Source of the DNA: the human T2T-CHM13v2.0 reference genome, Homo sapiens
Strand: one strand, 5' to 3'
DNA length: 64,000 nt
Assembly: GCF_009914755.1 (NCBI RefSeq)
Contig: NC_060948.1
Under the pieces are notes generated by a model. The model ran no database searches. It was not told the DNA's origin and worked only from the letters and a program-made list of their open reading frames with translations. Positions 1 through 22,146 of this stretch are shown one piece after another. The first letter of the stretch is position 1. Each line of letters opens with the position of its first letter. A program made the translations under genes and the position numbers.

Positions 1-53
1 ATGACATATAAAATATATGAGGTTATATGTTACATATAAGGCATAGCACATAA

Positions 54-368
<315 letters not shown>

Positions 369-940
369 AGATCCATATTTTTTAAATGAAAAAAAATTTC
401 AAAGGTACTCTGCTTGGTACAATAATCAAATGTATAAACTGAGGAATAAAACATAACCATGAAACCTACTTATAACTGCATATGGAAAATACAGAGGATA
501 ATTTTTTAAATAACATATTTTGAAAGCCTTAACTAGTAATTTGAAGAGTTGGCATTTGAAAGGCCAGTATGAATATACCTTCAAAGCAGCAACACAGGTT
601 CCCCATGAGAAAAAGCAAACTCAGGGAAAATAAAACCACAAAGGTTCAATCTCTTCTGACCTTTGAAAGACACAGCACAGACAGTGGTCCTTAGGACGAA
701 GAGCAGGAGACCCCTAATTCCGTCACCATGGCGATAGGGCATAAACACTGCTGGGTGAGGGCACAATCCACATTGTGAGGTCCAGCTGCTGCCAGGAAGA
801 CAGGAGTGCTTTTACATAGACCGAAAGGTCATTGAAGGCTCAGAGTTTTGTTTCAAGAACTGAATCCCAAGCCCACACGTTATTAGGCTGCGCTTCTTAA
901 AACAAGTTATGAGATGGGAAAAAGGGCACCCACAAACATA
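369..940. repeat. HSATI-type subunit of DYZ2 unit 1 (present at offsets ~369-940 of every unit)
   Basis: Non-Alu, complex ~570 bp segment between the Alu end (GAGCCA|AGATCC) and the start of the TA-rich domain (CACAAACATACGTATAC). Its size and position fit the HSATI component of DYZ2. Boundaries are approximate. Confidence 0.8.
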
Positions 941-2788
<1,848 letters not shown>

Positions 2789-4892
2789 AGATCCATATTT
2801 TTTAAATGAAAAAAAATTTCAAAGGTACTCTGCTAGGTACAATAATCAAATGTATAAACTGAGGAAGAAAACATAACCATGAAACCTACTTATAACTGCA
2901 TATGGAAAATACAGAGGATAATTTTTTAAATAACATATTTTGAAAGCCTTAACTAGTAATTTGAAGAGTTGGCATTTGAAAGGCCAGTATGAATATACCT
3001 TCAAAGCAGCAACACAGGTTCCCCATGAGAAAAAGCAAACTCAGGGAAAATAAAACCACAAAGGTTCAATCTCTTCTGACCTTTGAAAGACACAGCACAG
3101 ACAGTGGTCCTTAGGACGAAGAGCAGGAGACCCCTAATTCCGTCACCATGGCGATAGGGCATAAACACTGCTGGGTGAGGGCACAATCCACATTGTGAGG
3201 TCCAACTGCTGCCAGGAAGACAGGAGTGCTTTTACATAGACCGAAAGGTCATTGAAGGCTCAGAGTTTTGTTTCAAGAACTGAATCCCAAGCCCACACGT
3301 TATTAGGCTGCGCTTCTTAAAACAAGTTATGAGATGGGAAAAAGGGCACCCACAGACATACGTATACATTATGTATATAATAATATACAGTATCATATAT
3401 ATAATATATATAACCTATGTATAATATTGTTTTACATCCTGCATCTTATACTATATATATTGTATAAAGTATAATAATTGATAATATATAAATTTTATAT
3501 TTATACAATATGACATATAGTATATATTATAATTTATGACATATATAATATATGTTATATATCATATATAGAATATATTATACGGTTAATATACGTATTA
3601 AATATAAATTATACATTATATATATTATATATAATATATCTGTTACATATAATACCCATTATGCATAATATATATATTATGTCTATGTTATATATAGTAT
3701 AAAACAACATATAATAATATATAATTGTATATATAAAATGCGACATATAATATATATTATATTTTATGACATATGTAATATATATTATATATTATATATA
3801 ATACGTTGTATGTATAATACCTAAAATAAATATATATTATATGACTATGTTATTAATTACATGTCACATGTGTTATATATTATATATTTTACATAGAATA
3901 TACCGGTTACATACAATATATACTATGTTACCTATAATGTATAATTTATTACATGTAAAATAAAGAATGCAATATATTATGTATAATTTATAATATACAA
4001 TATGTGGAATGTGATATATATAACATATAACATATGATATATGATATACAGTATATGGTATATAACATACAATATATGATACCTAATATATATGGTATAC
4101 AATATATATTTTATGATATGTATTCTATATGTTTTATATTCTGTTATATATAACTATTTGAAATTATATATAACTGTATAATATTTTATATAAATATGTA
4201 ATATAATATATATAACTATATAATATATTATATATAACTACATATTATGTTATATATACTTTTATAACATAATTTACATAAAATATCATAATATAATATA
4301 TATTATATTATTTCATATTACATAATATATATTACATATCACCCAATATAAGTAACATACATAATATTATAATATAGATTATATTATGTTATATTAAATA
4401 TCATATATATCATGTATCATATAATCTATAATATATATTATACATTATATAATACGTATGTTGTCTATTATGTGATATATATAACTATATATATAATTAT
4501 ATTATTATACATATAACTAGATAAACATGTAATTCTACATATTTTCATTTATAATGTATAGAATTATATAATCATATAAATTATTTATGTTCTATAAAAA
4601 ATTATATCATTATATAAATTATAATATATAAAAATTATAATATGTACTACAAATATATATATTATATATCATATATGATGTAGTACCTTTGTTATATATC
4701 ATAATACATATAAATGTGTATTATGTTATCTATAATTATATAATTTCATATATAAGATGTATAATATTTATTATATATTATATATGTTATGTAATATATA
4801 TAGTATATATAAGATGACACAGGATAAATATTATATACTATGACATATAAAATATATGAGGTTATATGTTACATATAAGGCATAGCACATAA

Positions 4893-5207
<315 letters not shown>

Positions 5208-7311
5208 AGATCCATATTTTTTAAATGAAAAAAAATTTCAAAGGTACTCTGCTTGGTACAATAATCAAATGTATAAACTGAGGAATAAAACATAACCATG
5301 AAACCTACTTATAACTGCATATGGAAAATACAGAGGATAATTTTTTAAATAACATATTTTGAAAGCCTTAACTAGTAATTTGAAGAGTTGGCATTTGAAA
5401 GGCCAGTATGAATATACCTTCAAAGCAGCAACACAGGTTCCCCATGAGAAAAAGCAAACTCAGGGAAAATAAAACCACAAAGGTTCAATCTCTTCTGACC
5501 TTTGAAAGACACAGCACAGACAGTGGTCCTTAGGACGAAGAGCAGGAGACCCCTAATTCCGTCACCATGGCGATAGGGCATAAACACTGCTGGGTGAGGG
5601 CACAATCCACATTGTGAGGTCCAGCTGCTGCCAGGAAGACAGGAGTGCTTTTACATAGACCGAAAGGTCATTGAAGGCTCAGAGTTTTGTTTCAAGAACT
5701 GAATCCCAAGCCCACACGTTATTAGGCTGCGCTTCTTAAAACAAGTTATGAGATGGGAAAAAGGGCACCCACAAACATACGTATACATTATGTATATAAT
5801 AATATACAGTATCATATATATAATATATATAACCTATGTATAATATTGTTTTACATCCTGCATCTTATATTATATATATTGTATAAAATATAATAATTGA
5901 TAATATATAAGTTTTATATTTATACAATATGACATATAGTATAAATTATAATTTATGACATATAATATATATGTTATATATCATATATAGAATATATTAT
6001 ACGGTTAATATACGTATTAAATATAAATTATACATTATATATATTATATATAATATATCTGCTATATATAATACGCATTATGCATATTATATATATTATG
6101 TCTATGTTATATATAGTATAAAACAACATATAATAATATATAATTGTATATATAAAATGCGACATATAATATATATTATATTTTATCACATATGTAATAT
6201 ATATTATATATTATATATAATACGTTGTATGTATAATACCTAAAATAAATATATATTATATGACTATGTTATTAATTACATGTCAGATGTGTTATATATT
6301 CTATATTTTACATAGAATATACCGGTTACATACAATATATACTATGTTACCTATAATGTATAATTTATTACATGTAAAATAAAGAATGCAATATATTATG
6401 TATAATTTATAATATACAATATGTGGAATGTGATATATATAACATATAATATATGATATATGATATACAGTATATGATATATAACATACAATATATGATA
6501 CCTAATATATATGGTATACAATATATATTTTATGATATGTATTCTATATGTTTTATATTCTGTTATATATAACTATTTGAAATTATATATAACTGTATAA
6601 TATTTTATGTAAATATGTAATATAATATATATAAATATATAATATATTATATATAACTACATATTATGTTATATATACTTTTATAACATAATTTACATAA
6701 AATATCATAATATAATATATATTATATTATTTCATATTACATAATATATATTACATATCACCCAATATAAGTAACATACATAATATTATAATATAGATTA
6801 TATTATGTTATATTAAATATCATATATATCATGTATCATATAATCTATAATATATATTATACATTATATAATATGTATGTTGTCTATTATGTGATATATA
6901 TAACTATATATATAATTATATTATTATACATATAACTAGATAAACATGTAATTCTACATATTTTCATTTATACTGTATAGAATTATATAATCATATAAAT
7001 TATTTATATTCTATAAAAAATTATATCATTATATAAATTATAATATATAAAAATTATAATATGTACTACAAATATATATATTATATATCATATATGATAT
7101 AGTACCTTTGTTATATATCATAATACATATAAATGTGTATTATGTTATCTATAATTATATAATTTCATATATAAGATGTATAATATTTATTATATATTAT
7201 ATATGTTATGTAATATATATAGTATATATAAGATGATACAGGATAAATATTATATACTATGACATATAAAATATATGAGGTTATATGTTACATATAAGGC
7301 ATAGCACATAA

Positions 7312-7626
<315 letters not shown>

Positions 7627-9731
7627 AGATCCATATTTTTTAAATGAAAAAAAATTTCAAAGGTACTCTGCTTGGTACAATAATCAAATGTATAAACTGA
7701 GGAATAAAACATAACCATGAAACCTACTTATAACTGCATATGGAAAATACAGAGGATAATTTTTTAAATAACATATTTTGAAAGCCTTAACTAGTAATTT
7801 GAAGAGTTGGCATTTGAAAGGCCAGTATGAGTATACCTTCAAAGCAGCAACACAGGTTCCCCATGAGAAAAAGCAAACTCAGGGAAAATAAAACCACAAA
7901 GGTTCAATCTCTTCTGACCTTTGAAAGACACAGCACAGACAGTGGTCCTTAGGACGAAGAGCAGGAGACCCCTAATTCCGTCACCATGGCGATAGGGCAT
8001 AAACACTGCTGGGTGAGGGCACAATCCACATTGTGAGGTCCAACTGCTGCCAGGAAGACAGGAGTGCTTTTACATAGACCGAAAGGTCATTGAAGGCTCA
8101 GAGTTTTGTTTCAAGAACTGAATCCCAAGCCCACACGTTATTAGGCTGCGCTTCTTAAAACAAGTTATGAGATGGGAAAAAGGGCACCCACAAACATACG
8201 TATACATTATGTATATAATAATATACAATATCATATATATAATATATATAACCTATGTATAATATTGTTTTACATCCTGCATCTTATATTATATATATTG
8301 TATAAAATACAATAATTGATAATATATAAGTTTTATATTTATACAATATGACATATAGTATAAATTATAATTTATGACATATAATATATATGTTATATAT
8401 CATATATAGAATATATTATACGGTTAATATACGTATTAAATATAAATTATACATTATATATATTATATATAATATATCTGCTATATATAATACGCATTAT
8501 GCATATTATATATATTATGTCTATGTTATATATAGTATAAAACAACATATAATAATATATAATTGTATATATAAAATGCGACATATAATTTATAATATAT
8601 TTTATGACATATGTAATATATATTATATATTATATATAATACGTTGTATGTATAATACCTATATTAAATATATATTATATGACTATGTTATTAATTACAT
8701 GTCACATATGTTATATATTATATATTTTACATAGAATGTACCGGTTACATACAATATATACTATGTTACCTATAATGTATAATTTATTACATGTAAAATA
8801 AAGAATGCAATATATTATGTATAATTTATAATATACAATATGTGGAATGTGATATATATAACATATAATATATGATATATGATATACAGTATATGATATA
8901 TAACATACAATATATGATACCTAACATATATGGTATACAATATATATTTTATGATATGTATTCTCTATGTTTTATATTCTCTTATATATAACTATTTGAA
9001 ATTATATATAACTGAGTAATATTTTATGTAAATATGTAATATAATATATATAACTATATAATATATTATATATAACTATATATTATGTTATATATACTTT
9101 TATAACATAATTTACATAAAATATCATAATATAATATATATTATATTATTTCATATTACATAATATATATTACATATCACGCAATATAAGTAACATACAT
9201 AATATTATAATATAGATTATATTATGTTATATTAAATATCATATATATCATGTATCATATATTCTATAATATATATTATACTTTATATAATATGTATGTT
9301 GTCTATTATGTGATATATATAACTATATATATAATTATATTATTATACATATAACTAGATAAACATGTAATTCTACATATTTTCATTTATAATATATAGA
9401 ATTATATAATCATATATAATTATTTATATTCTATAAAAAATTATATCATTATATAAATTATAATATATAAAAATTATAATATGTACTACAAATATATATA
9501 TTATATATCATATATGATATAGTACCTTTGTTATATATCATAATACATATAAATGTGTATTATGTTATCTATAATTATATAATTTCATATATAAGATGTA
9601 TAATATTTATTATATATTATATATGTTATGTAATATATATAGTATATATAAGATGAGACAGGATAAATATTATATACTATGACATATAAAATATATGAGG
9701 TTATATGTTACATATAAGGCATAGCACATAA

Positions 9732-10046
<315 letters not shown>

Positions 10047-12151
10047 AGATCCATATTTTTTAAATGAAAAAAAATTTCAAAGGTACTCTGCTTGGTACAA
10101 TAATCAAATGTATAAACTGAGGAATAAAACATAACCATGAAACCTACTTATAACTGCATATGGAAAATACAGAGGATAATTTTTTAAATAACATATTTTG
10201 AAAGCCTTAACTAGTAATTTGAAGAGTTGGCATTTGAAAGGCCAGTATGAATATACCTTCAAAGCAGCAACACAGGTTCCCCATGAGAAAAAGCAAACTC
10301 AGGGAAAATAAAACCACAAAGGTTCAATCTCTTCTGACCTTTGAAAGACACAGCACAGACAGTGGTCCTTAGGACGAAGAGCAGGAGACCCATAATTCCG
10401 TCACCATGGCGATAGGGCATAAACACTGCTGGGTGAGGGCACAATCCACATTGTGAGGTCCAACTGCTGCCAGGAAGACAGGAGTGCTTTTACATAGACC
10501 GAAAGGTCATTGAAGGCTCAGAGTTTTGTTTCAAGAACTGAATCCCAAGCCCACACGTTATTAGGCTGCGCTTCTTAAAACAAGTTATGAGATGGGAAAA
10601 AGGGCACCCACAGACATACGTATACATTATGTATATAATAATATACAGTATCATATATATAATATATATAACCTATGTATAATATTGTTTTACATCCTGC
10701 ATCTTATACTATATATATTGTATAAAATATAATAATTGATAATATATAAATTTTATATTTATACAATACGACATATAGTATATATTATAATTTATGACAT
10801 ATATAATATATGTTATATATCATATATAGAATATATTATACGGTTAATATACGTATTAAATATAAATTATACATTATATATATTATATATAATATATCTG
10901 TTATATATAATACCCATTATGCATAATATATATATTATGTCTATGTTATATATAGTATAAAACAACATATAATAATATATAATTGTATATATAAAATGCG
11001 ACATATAATATATATTATATTTTATGACATATGTAATATATATTATATATTATATATAATACGTTGTATATATAATACCTATATTAAATATATGTTATAT
11101 GACTGTGTTATTAATTACATGTCACATATGTTATATATTATATATTTTACATAGAATATACCGGTTACATACAATATATACTATGTTACGTATAATGTAT
11201 AATTTATTACATGTAAAATAAAGAATGCAATATATTATGTGCAATTTATAATATACAATATGTGGAATGTGATATATATAACATATAATATATGATATAT
11301 GATATACAGTATATGATATATAACATACAATATATGATACCTAATATATATGGTATACAATATATATTTTATGATATGTATTCTATATGTTTTATATTCT
11401 GTTATATATAACTATTTGAAATTATATATAACTGTATAATATTTTATGTAAATATGTAATATAATATATATAAATATATAATATATTATATATAACTATA
11501 TATTATGTTATATATACTTTTATAACATAATTTACATAAAATATCATAATATAATATATACTATATTATTTCACATTACATAATATATATTACGTATCAC
11601 CCAATATAAGTAACATACCTAATATTATAATATAGATTATATTATGTTATATTAAATATCATATATATCATGTATCATATATTCTATAATATATATTATA
11701 CATTATATAATATGTATGTTGTCTATTATGTGATATATATAACTATATATATAATTATATTATTATACATATAACTAGATAAACATGTAATTCTACATAT
11801 TTTCATTTATAATATATAGAATTATATAATCATATATAATTATTTATATTCTATAATAAATTATATCATTATATAAATTATAATATATAAAAATTATAAT
11901 ATGTACTACAAATATATATATTACATATCATATATGATATAGTACCATTGTTATATATCATAATACATATAAATGTGTATTATGATATCTATAATTATAT
12001 AATTTCATATATAAGATGTATAATATGTATTATATATTATATATGTTATGTAATATATATAGTATATATAAGATGACACAGGATAAATATTATATACTAT
12101 GACATATAAAATATATGAGGTTATATGTTACATATAAGGCATAGCACATAA

Positions 12152-12466
<315 letters not shown>

Positions 12467-14571
12467 AGATCCATATTTTTTAAATGAAAAAAAATTTCAA
12501 AGGTACTCTGCTTCGTACAATAATCAAATGTATAAACTGAGGAATAAAACATAACCATGAAACCTACTTATAACTGCATATGGAAAATACAGAGGATAAT
12601 TTTTTAAATAACATATTTTGAAAGTCTTAACTAGTAATTTGAAGAGTTGGCATTTGAAAGGCCAGTATGAATATACCTTCAAAGCAGCAACACAGGTTCC
12701 CCTTGAGAAAAATCAAACTCAGGTAAAATAAAACCACAAAGGTTCAATCTCTTCTGACCATTGAAAGACACAGCACAGACAGTGGTCCTTAGGACGAAGA
12801 GCAGGAGACCCCTAATTCCGTCACCATGGCGATAGGGCATAAACACTGCTGGGTGAGGGCACAATCCACATTGTGAGGTCCAACTGCTGCCAGGAAGACA
12901 GGAGTGCTTTTACATAGACCGAAAGGTCATTGAAGGCTCAGAGTTTTGTTTCAAGAACTGAATCCCAAACCCACACGTTATTAGGCTGCGCTTCTTAAAA
13001 CAAGTTATGAGATGGGAAAAAGGGCACCCACAAACATACGTATACATTATGTATATAATAATATACAGTATCATATATATAATATATATAACCTATGTAT
13101 AATATTGTTTTACATCCTGCATCTTATATTATATATATTGTATAAAATATAATTATTGATAATATATAAATTTTATATTTATACATTATGACATATAGTA
13201 TATATTATAATTTATGACATATATAATATATGTTATATATCATATATAGAATATATTATATGGTTAATATACGTATTAAATATAAATTATACATTATATA
13301 TATTATATATAATATATCTGTTATATATAATACCCATTATGCATAATATATATATTATGTCTATGTTATATATAGTATAAAACAACATATAATAATAAAT
13401 AATTGTATATATAAAATGCGACATATAATATATATTATATTTTATGACATATGTAATATATATTATATATTATATATAATACGTTGTATGTATAATACCT
13501 ATAATAAATATATATTATATGACTATGTTATTAATTACATGTCACATGTGTTATATATTATATATTTTACATAGAATATACCGGTTACATACAATATATA
13601 CTATGTTACCTATAATGTATATTTTATTACATGTGAAATAAAGAATGCAATATATTATGTATAATTTATAATATACAATATGTGGAATGTGATATATATA
13701 ACATATAATATATGATATATGATATACAGTATATGATATATAACATACAATATATGATACCTAATATATATGGTATACAATATATATTTTATGATATGTA
13801 TTCTATATGTTCTATATTCTGTTACATATAACTATTTGAAATTATATATAACTGTATAATATTTTATGTAAATATGTAATATAATATATATAACTATATA
13901 ATATATTATATATAACTATATATTATGTTATATATACTTTTATAACATAATTTACATAAAATATCATAATATAATATATATTATATTATTTCATATTACA
14001 TAATATATATTACATATCACCAAATATAAGTAACATACATAATATTATAATATAGATTATATTATGTTATATTAAATATCATATATATCATGTATCATAT
14101 ATTCTATAATATATATTATACATTATATAATATGTATGTTGTCTATTATGTGATATATATAACAATATATATAATTATATTATTATACATATAACTAGAT
14201 AAACATGTAATTCTACATATTTTCATTTATAATATTTAGAATTATATAATCATATATAATTATTTATATTCTATAAAAAATTATATCATTATATAAATTA
14301 TAATATATAAAAATTATAATATGTACTACAAATATATATATTATATATCATATATGATATGGTACCTTTGTTATATATCATAATACATATAAATGTGTAT
14401 TATGTTATCTATAATTATATAATTTCATATATAAGATGTATAATATTTATTATATATTATATATGTTATGTAATATATATAGTATATATAAGATGAGACA
14501 GGATAAATATTATATACTATGACATATAAAATATATGAGGTTATATGTTACATATAAGGCATAGCACATAA

Positions 14572-14886
<315 letters not shown>

Positions 14887-16991
14887 AGATCCATATTTTT
14901 TAAATGAAAAAAAATTTCAAAGGTACTCTGCTTGGTACAATAATCAAATGTATAAACTGAGGAATAAAACATAACCATGAAACCTACTTATAACTGCATA
15001 TGGAAAATACAGAGGATAATTTTTTAAATAACATATTTTGAAAGCCTTAACTAGTAATTTGAAGAGTTGGCATTTGAAAGGCCAGAATGAATATACCTTC
15101 AAAGCAGCAACACAGGTTCCCCATGAGAAAAAGCAAACTCAGGGAAAATAAAACCACAAAGGTTCAATCTCTTCTGACCTTTGAAAGACACAGCACAGAC
15201 AGTGGTCCTTAGGACGAAGAGCAGGAGACCCCTAATTCCGTCACCATGGCGATAGGGCATAAACATTGCTGGGTGAGGGCACAATCCACATTGTGAGGTC
15301 CAACTGCTGCCAGGAAGACAGGAGTGCTTTTACATAGACCGAAAGGTCATTGAAGGCTCAGAGTTTTGTTTCAAGAACTGAATCCCAAGCCCACACGTTA
15401 TTAGGCTGCGCTTCTTAAAACAAGTTATGAGATGGGAAAAAGGGCACCCAAAAACATACGTATACATTATGTATATAATAATATACAGTATCATATATAT
15501 AATATATATAACCTATGTATAATATTGTTTTACATCCTGCATCTTATATTATATATATTGTATAAAATACAATAATTGATAATATATAAGTTTTATATTT
15601 ATACAATATGATATATAGTATAAATTATAATTTATGACATATAATATATATGTTATATATCATATATAGAATATATTATACGGTTAATATACGTATTAAA
15701 TATAAATTATACATTATATATATTATATATAATATATCTGCTATATATAATACGCATTATGCATATTATATATATTATGTCTATGTTATATATAGTATAA
15801 AACAACATATAATAATATATAATTGTATATATAAAATGCGACATATAATATATAATATATTTTATGACATATGTAATATATATTATATATTATATATAAT
15901 ACGTTGTATGTATAATACCTATATTAAATATATATTATATGACTATGTTATTAATTACATGTCACATATGTTATATATTATATATTTTACATAGAATGTA
16001 CCGGTTACATACAATATATACTATGTTACCTATAATGTATAATTTATTACATGTAAAATAAAGAATGCAATATATTATGTATAATTTATAATATACAATA
16101 TGTGGAATGTGATATATATAACATATAATATATGATATATGATATACAGTATATGATATATAACATACAATATATGATACCTAACATATATGGTATACAA
16201 TATATATTTTATGATATGTATTCTCTATGTTTTATATTCTCTTATATATAACTATTTGAAATTATATATAACTGAGTAATATTTTATGTAAATATGTAAT
16301 ATAATATATATAACTATATAATATATTATATATAACTATATATTATGTTATATATACTTTTATAACATAATTTACATAAAATATCATAATATAATATATA
16401 TTATATTATTTCATATTACATAATATATATTACATATCACCCAATATAAGTAACATACATAATATTATAATATAGATTATATTATGTTATATTAAATATC
16501 ATATATATCATGTATCATATATTCTATAATATATATTATACATTATATAATATGTATGTTGTCTATTATGTGATATATATAACTATATATATAATTATAT
16601 TATTATACATATAACTAGATAAACATGTAATTCTACATATTTTCATTTATAATATATAGAATTATATAATCATATATAATTATTTATATTCTATAAAAAA
16701 TTATATCATTATATAAATTATAATATATAAAAATTATAATATGTACTACAAATATATATATTATATATCATATATGATATAGTACCGTTGTTATATATCA
16801 TAATACATATAAATGTGTATTATGTTATCTATAATTATATAATTTCATATATAAGATGTATAATATTTATTATATATTATATATGTTATGTAATATATAT
16901 AGTATATATAAGATGAGACAGGATAAATATTATATACTATGACATATAAAATATATGAGGTTATATGTTACATATAAGGCATAGCACATAA

Positions 16992-17306
<315 letters not shown>

Positions 17307-19411
17307 AGATCCATATTTTTTAAATGAAAAAAAATTTCAAAGGTACTCTGCTTGGTACAATAATCAAATGTATAAACTGAGGAATAAAACATAACCATGA
17401 AACCTACTTATAACTGCATATGGAAAATACAGAGGATAATTTTTTAAATAACATATTTTGAAAGCCTTAACTAGTAATTTGAAGAGTTGGCATTTGAAAG
17501 GCCAGTATGAATATACCTTCAAAGCAGCAACACAGGTTCCCCATGAGAAAAAGCAAACTCAGGGAAAATAAAACCACAAAGGTTCAATCTCTTCTGACCT
17601 TTGAAAGACACAGCACAGACAGTGGTCCTTAGGACGAAGAGCAGGAGACCCCTAATTCCGTCACCATGGCGATAGGGCATAAACATTGCTGGGTGAGGGC
17701 ACAATCCACATTGTGAGGTCCAACTGCTGCCAGGAAGACAGGAGTGCTTTTACATAGACCGAAAGGTCATTGAAGGCTCAGAGTTTTGTTTCAAGAACTG
17801 AATCCCAAGCCCACACGTTATTAGGCTGCGCTTCTTAAAACAAGCTATGAGATGGGAAAAAGGGCACCCACAAACATACGTATACATTATGTATACAATA
17901 ATATACAGTATCATATATATAATATATATAACCTATGTATAATATTGTTTTACATCCTGCATCTTATACTATATATATTGTATAAAATATAATAATTGAT
18001 AATATATAAGTTTTATATTTATATTATATGACATATATTATATATTATAATTTATGATATATATATTATATGTTATATATCATATATAGAATATATTATA
18101 CGGTTAATATACGTATTAAATATAAATTATATATTATATACATTATATATAATATATCTGTTATATATAATACCCATTATGCATAATATATATATTATGT
18201 CTATGTTATATATAGTATAAAACAACATATAATAATATATAATTGTATATATAAAAGGTGACATATAAAATATATTATATTTTATGACATATGTAATATA
18301 TATTATATATTATATATAATACGTTGTATGTATAATACCTATATTAAATATATATGATATGACTATGTTATTAATTACATGTCACATGTGTTATATATTA
18401 TATATTTTACATACAATATACCGGTTACATACAATATATACTATCTTACCTACAATGTATAATTTATTACATGTAAAATAAAGAATGCAGTATATTATGT
18501 ATAATTTATAATATACAATATGTGGAATGTGATATATATAACATATAATATATGATATATGATATACACTATATGATATATAACATACAATATATGATAC
18601 CTAATATATATGGTATACAATATATATTTTATGATATGTATTCTATATGTTCTATATTCTGTTACATATAACTATTTGAAATTATATATAACTGTATAAT
18701 ATTTTATGTAAATATGTAATATAATATATATAACTATATAATATATTATATATAACTATATATTATGTTATATATACTTTTATAACATAATTTACATAAA
18801 ATATCATAATATAATATATATTATATTATTTCATATTACATAATATATATTACATATCACCAAATATAAGTAACATACATAATATTATAATATAGATTAT
18901 ATTATGTTATATTAAATATCATATATATCATGTATCATATATTCTATAATATATATTATACATTATATAATATGTATGTTGTCTATTATGTGATATATAT
19001 AACAATATATATAATTATATTATTATACATATAACTAGATAAACATGTAATTCTACATATTTTCATTTATAATATATAGAATTATATAATCATATATAAT
19101 TATTTATATTCTATAAAAAATTATATCATTATATAAATTATAATATATAAAAATTATAATATGTACTACAAATATATATATTATATATCATATATGATAT
19201 GGTACCTTTGTTATATATCATAATACATATAAATGTGTATTATGTTATCTATAATTATATAATTTCATATATAAGATGTATAATATTTATTATATATTAT
19301 ATATGTTATGTAATATATATAGTATATATAAGATGAGACAGGATAAATATTATATACTATGACATATAAAATATATGAGGTTATATGTTACATATAAGGC
19401 ATAGCACATAA

Positions 19412-19726
<315 letters not shown>

Positions 19727-21831
19727 AGATCCATATTTTTTAAATGAAAAAAAATTTCAAAGGTACTCTGCTTGGTACAATAATCAAATGTATAAACTGA
19801 GGAATAAAACATAACCATGAAACCTACTTATAACTGCATATGGAAAATACAGAGGATAATTTTTTAAATAACATATTTTGAAAGCCTTAACTAGTAATTT
19901 GAAGAGTTGGCATTTGAAAGGCCAGTATGAATATACCTTCAAAGCAGCAACACAGGTTCCCCATGAGAACAAGCAAACTCAGGGAAAATAAAACCACAAA
20001 GGTTCAATCTCTTCTGACCTTTGAAAGACACAGCACAGACAGTGGTCCTTAGGACGAAGAGCAGGAGACCCCTAATTCCGTCACCATGGCGATAGGGCAT
20101 AAATATTGCTGGGTGAGGGCACAATCCACCTTGTGAGGTCCAACTGCTGCCAGGAAGACAGGAGTGCTTTTACATACACCGAAAGGTCATTGAAGGCTCA
20201 GAGTTTTGTTTCAAGAACTGAATCCCAAGCCCACACGTTATTAGGCTGCGCTTCTTAAAACAAGTTATGAGATGGGAAAAAGGGCACCCACAAACATACG
20301 TATACATTATGTATATAATAATATACAGTATCATATATATAATATATATAACCTATGTATAATATTGTTTTACATGCTGCATCTTATGTTATGTATATTG
20401 TATAAAATATAATAATTGATAATATATAAGTTTTATATTTATACAATATGACATATAGTATATATTATAATTTATGACATATATAATATATGTTATATAT
20501 CATATATAGAATATATTATACGGTTAATATACGTATTAAATATAAATTATACATTATATATATTATATATAATATATCTGTTATATATAATACCCATTAT
20601 GCATAATATATATATTATGTCTATGTTATATATAGTATAAAACAACATATAATAATATATAATTGTATATATAAAATGAGACATATAATATATATTATAT
20701 TTTATGACATATGTAATATATATTATATATTATATATAATACGTTGTATGTATAATACCTATAATAAATATATATTATATGACTATGTTATTAATTACAT
20801 GTCACATGTGTTATATATTATATATTTTACATAGAATATACCGGTTACATACAATATATACTATGTTACCTATAATGTATAATTTATTACATGTAAAACA
20901 AAGAATGCAGTATATTATGTATAATTTATAATATACAATATGTGGAATGTGATATATATAACATATAATATATGATATATGATATACAGTATATGATATA
21001 TACCATACAATATACGATACCTAATATATATGGTATACAATATATATTTTATGATATGTATTCTATATGTTTTATATTCTGTTATATATAACTATTTGAA
21101 ATTATATATAACTGTATAATATTTTATGTAAATATGTAATATAATATATATAACTATATAATATATTATATATAACTATATATTATGTTATATATACTTT
21201 TATAACATAATTTACATAAAATATCATAATATAATATATATTATATTATTTCATATTACATAATATATATTACATATCACCAAATATAAGTAACATACAT
21301 AATATTATAATATAGATTATATTATGTTATATTAAATATCATATATATCATGTATCATATATTCTATAATATATATTATACATTATATAATATGTATGTT
21401 GTCTATTATGTGATATATATAACTATATATATAATTATATTATTATACATATAACTAGATAAACATGTAATTCTACATATTTTCATTTATAATATATAGA
21501 ATTATATAATCATATATAATTATTTATATTCTATAAAAAATTATATCATTATATAAATTATAATATATAAAAATTATAATATGTACTACAAATATATATA
21601 TTATATATCATATATGATATAGTACCTTTGTTATATATCATAATACATATAAATGTGTATTATGTTATCTATAATTATATAATTTCATATATAAGATGTA
21701 TAATATTTATTATATATTATATATGTTATGTAATATATATAGTATATATAAGATGACACAGGATAAATATTATATACTATGACATATAAAATATATGAGG
21801 TTATATGTTACATATAAGGCATAGCACATAA

Positions 21832-22146
<315 letters not shown>

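Noticed and set aside
431-478. Hammerhead-ribozyme-like core words CTGAGGA (439-445) ... GAAA (461-464); hammerheads occur in some animal satellites
   Set aside because: Stem II would have only 2 bp, stem III cannot form (GAAA-CC-TA, not palindromic for dimer folding), and the first stem I pair is a mismatch. An Infernal search with Rfam hammerhead models or an in vitro cleavage assay would settle it; I expect a negative result.
581-766. 61-aa minus-strand ORF (MCPHPAVFMP...) present in all 27 units
   Set aside because: It starts at TTG, is short, and has no recognisable domain. The visible variants are largely amino-acid changing. Persistence is explained by ~99% repeat identity.
722-778. 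Strong Kozak context GTCACCATGG on the plus strand
   Set aside because: It opens only a 16-codon ORF (728-778), with no promoter or splice evidence.
19784-19972. 62-aa minus-strand ORF in I-type units (also 31881-32069)
   Set aside because: It arises from one A>C change in the repeat. There is no evidence of function.
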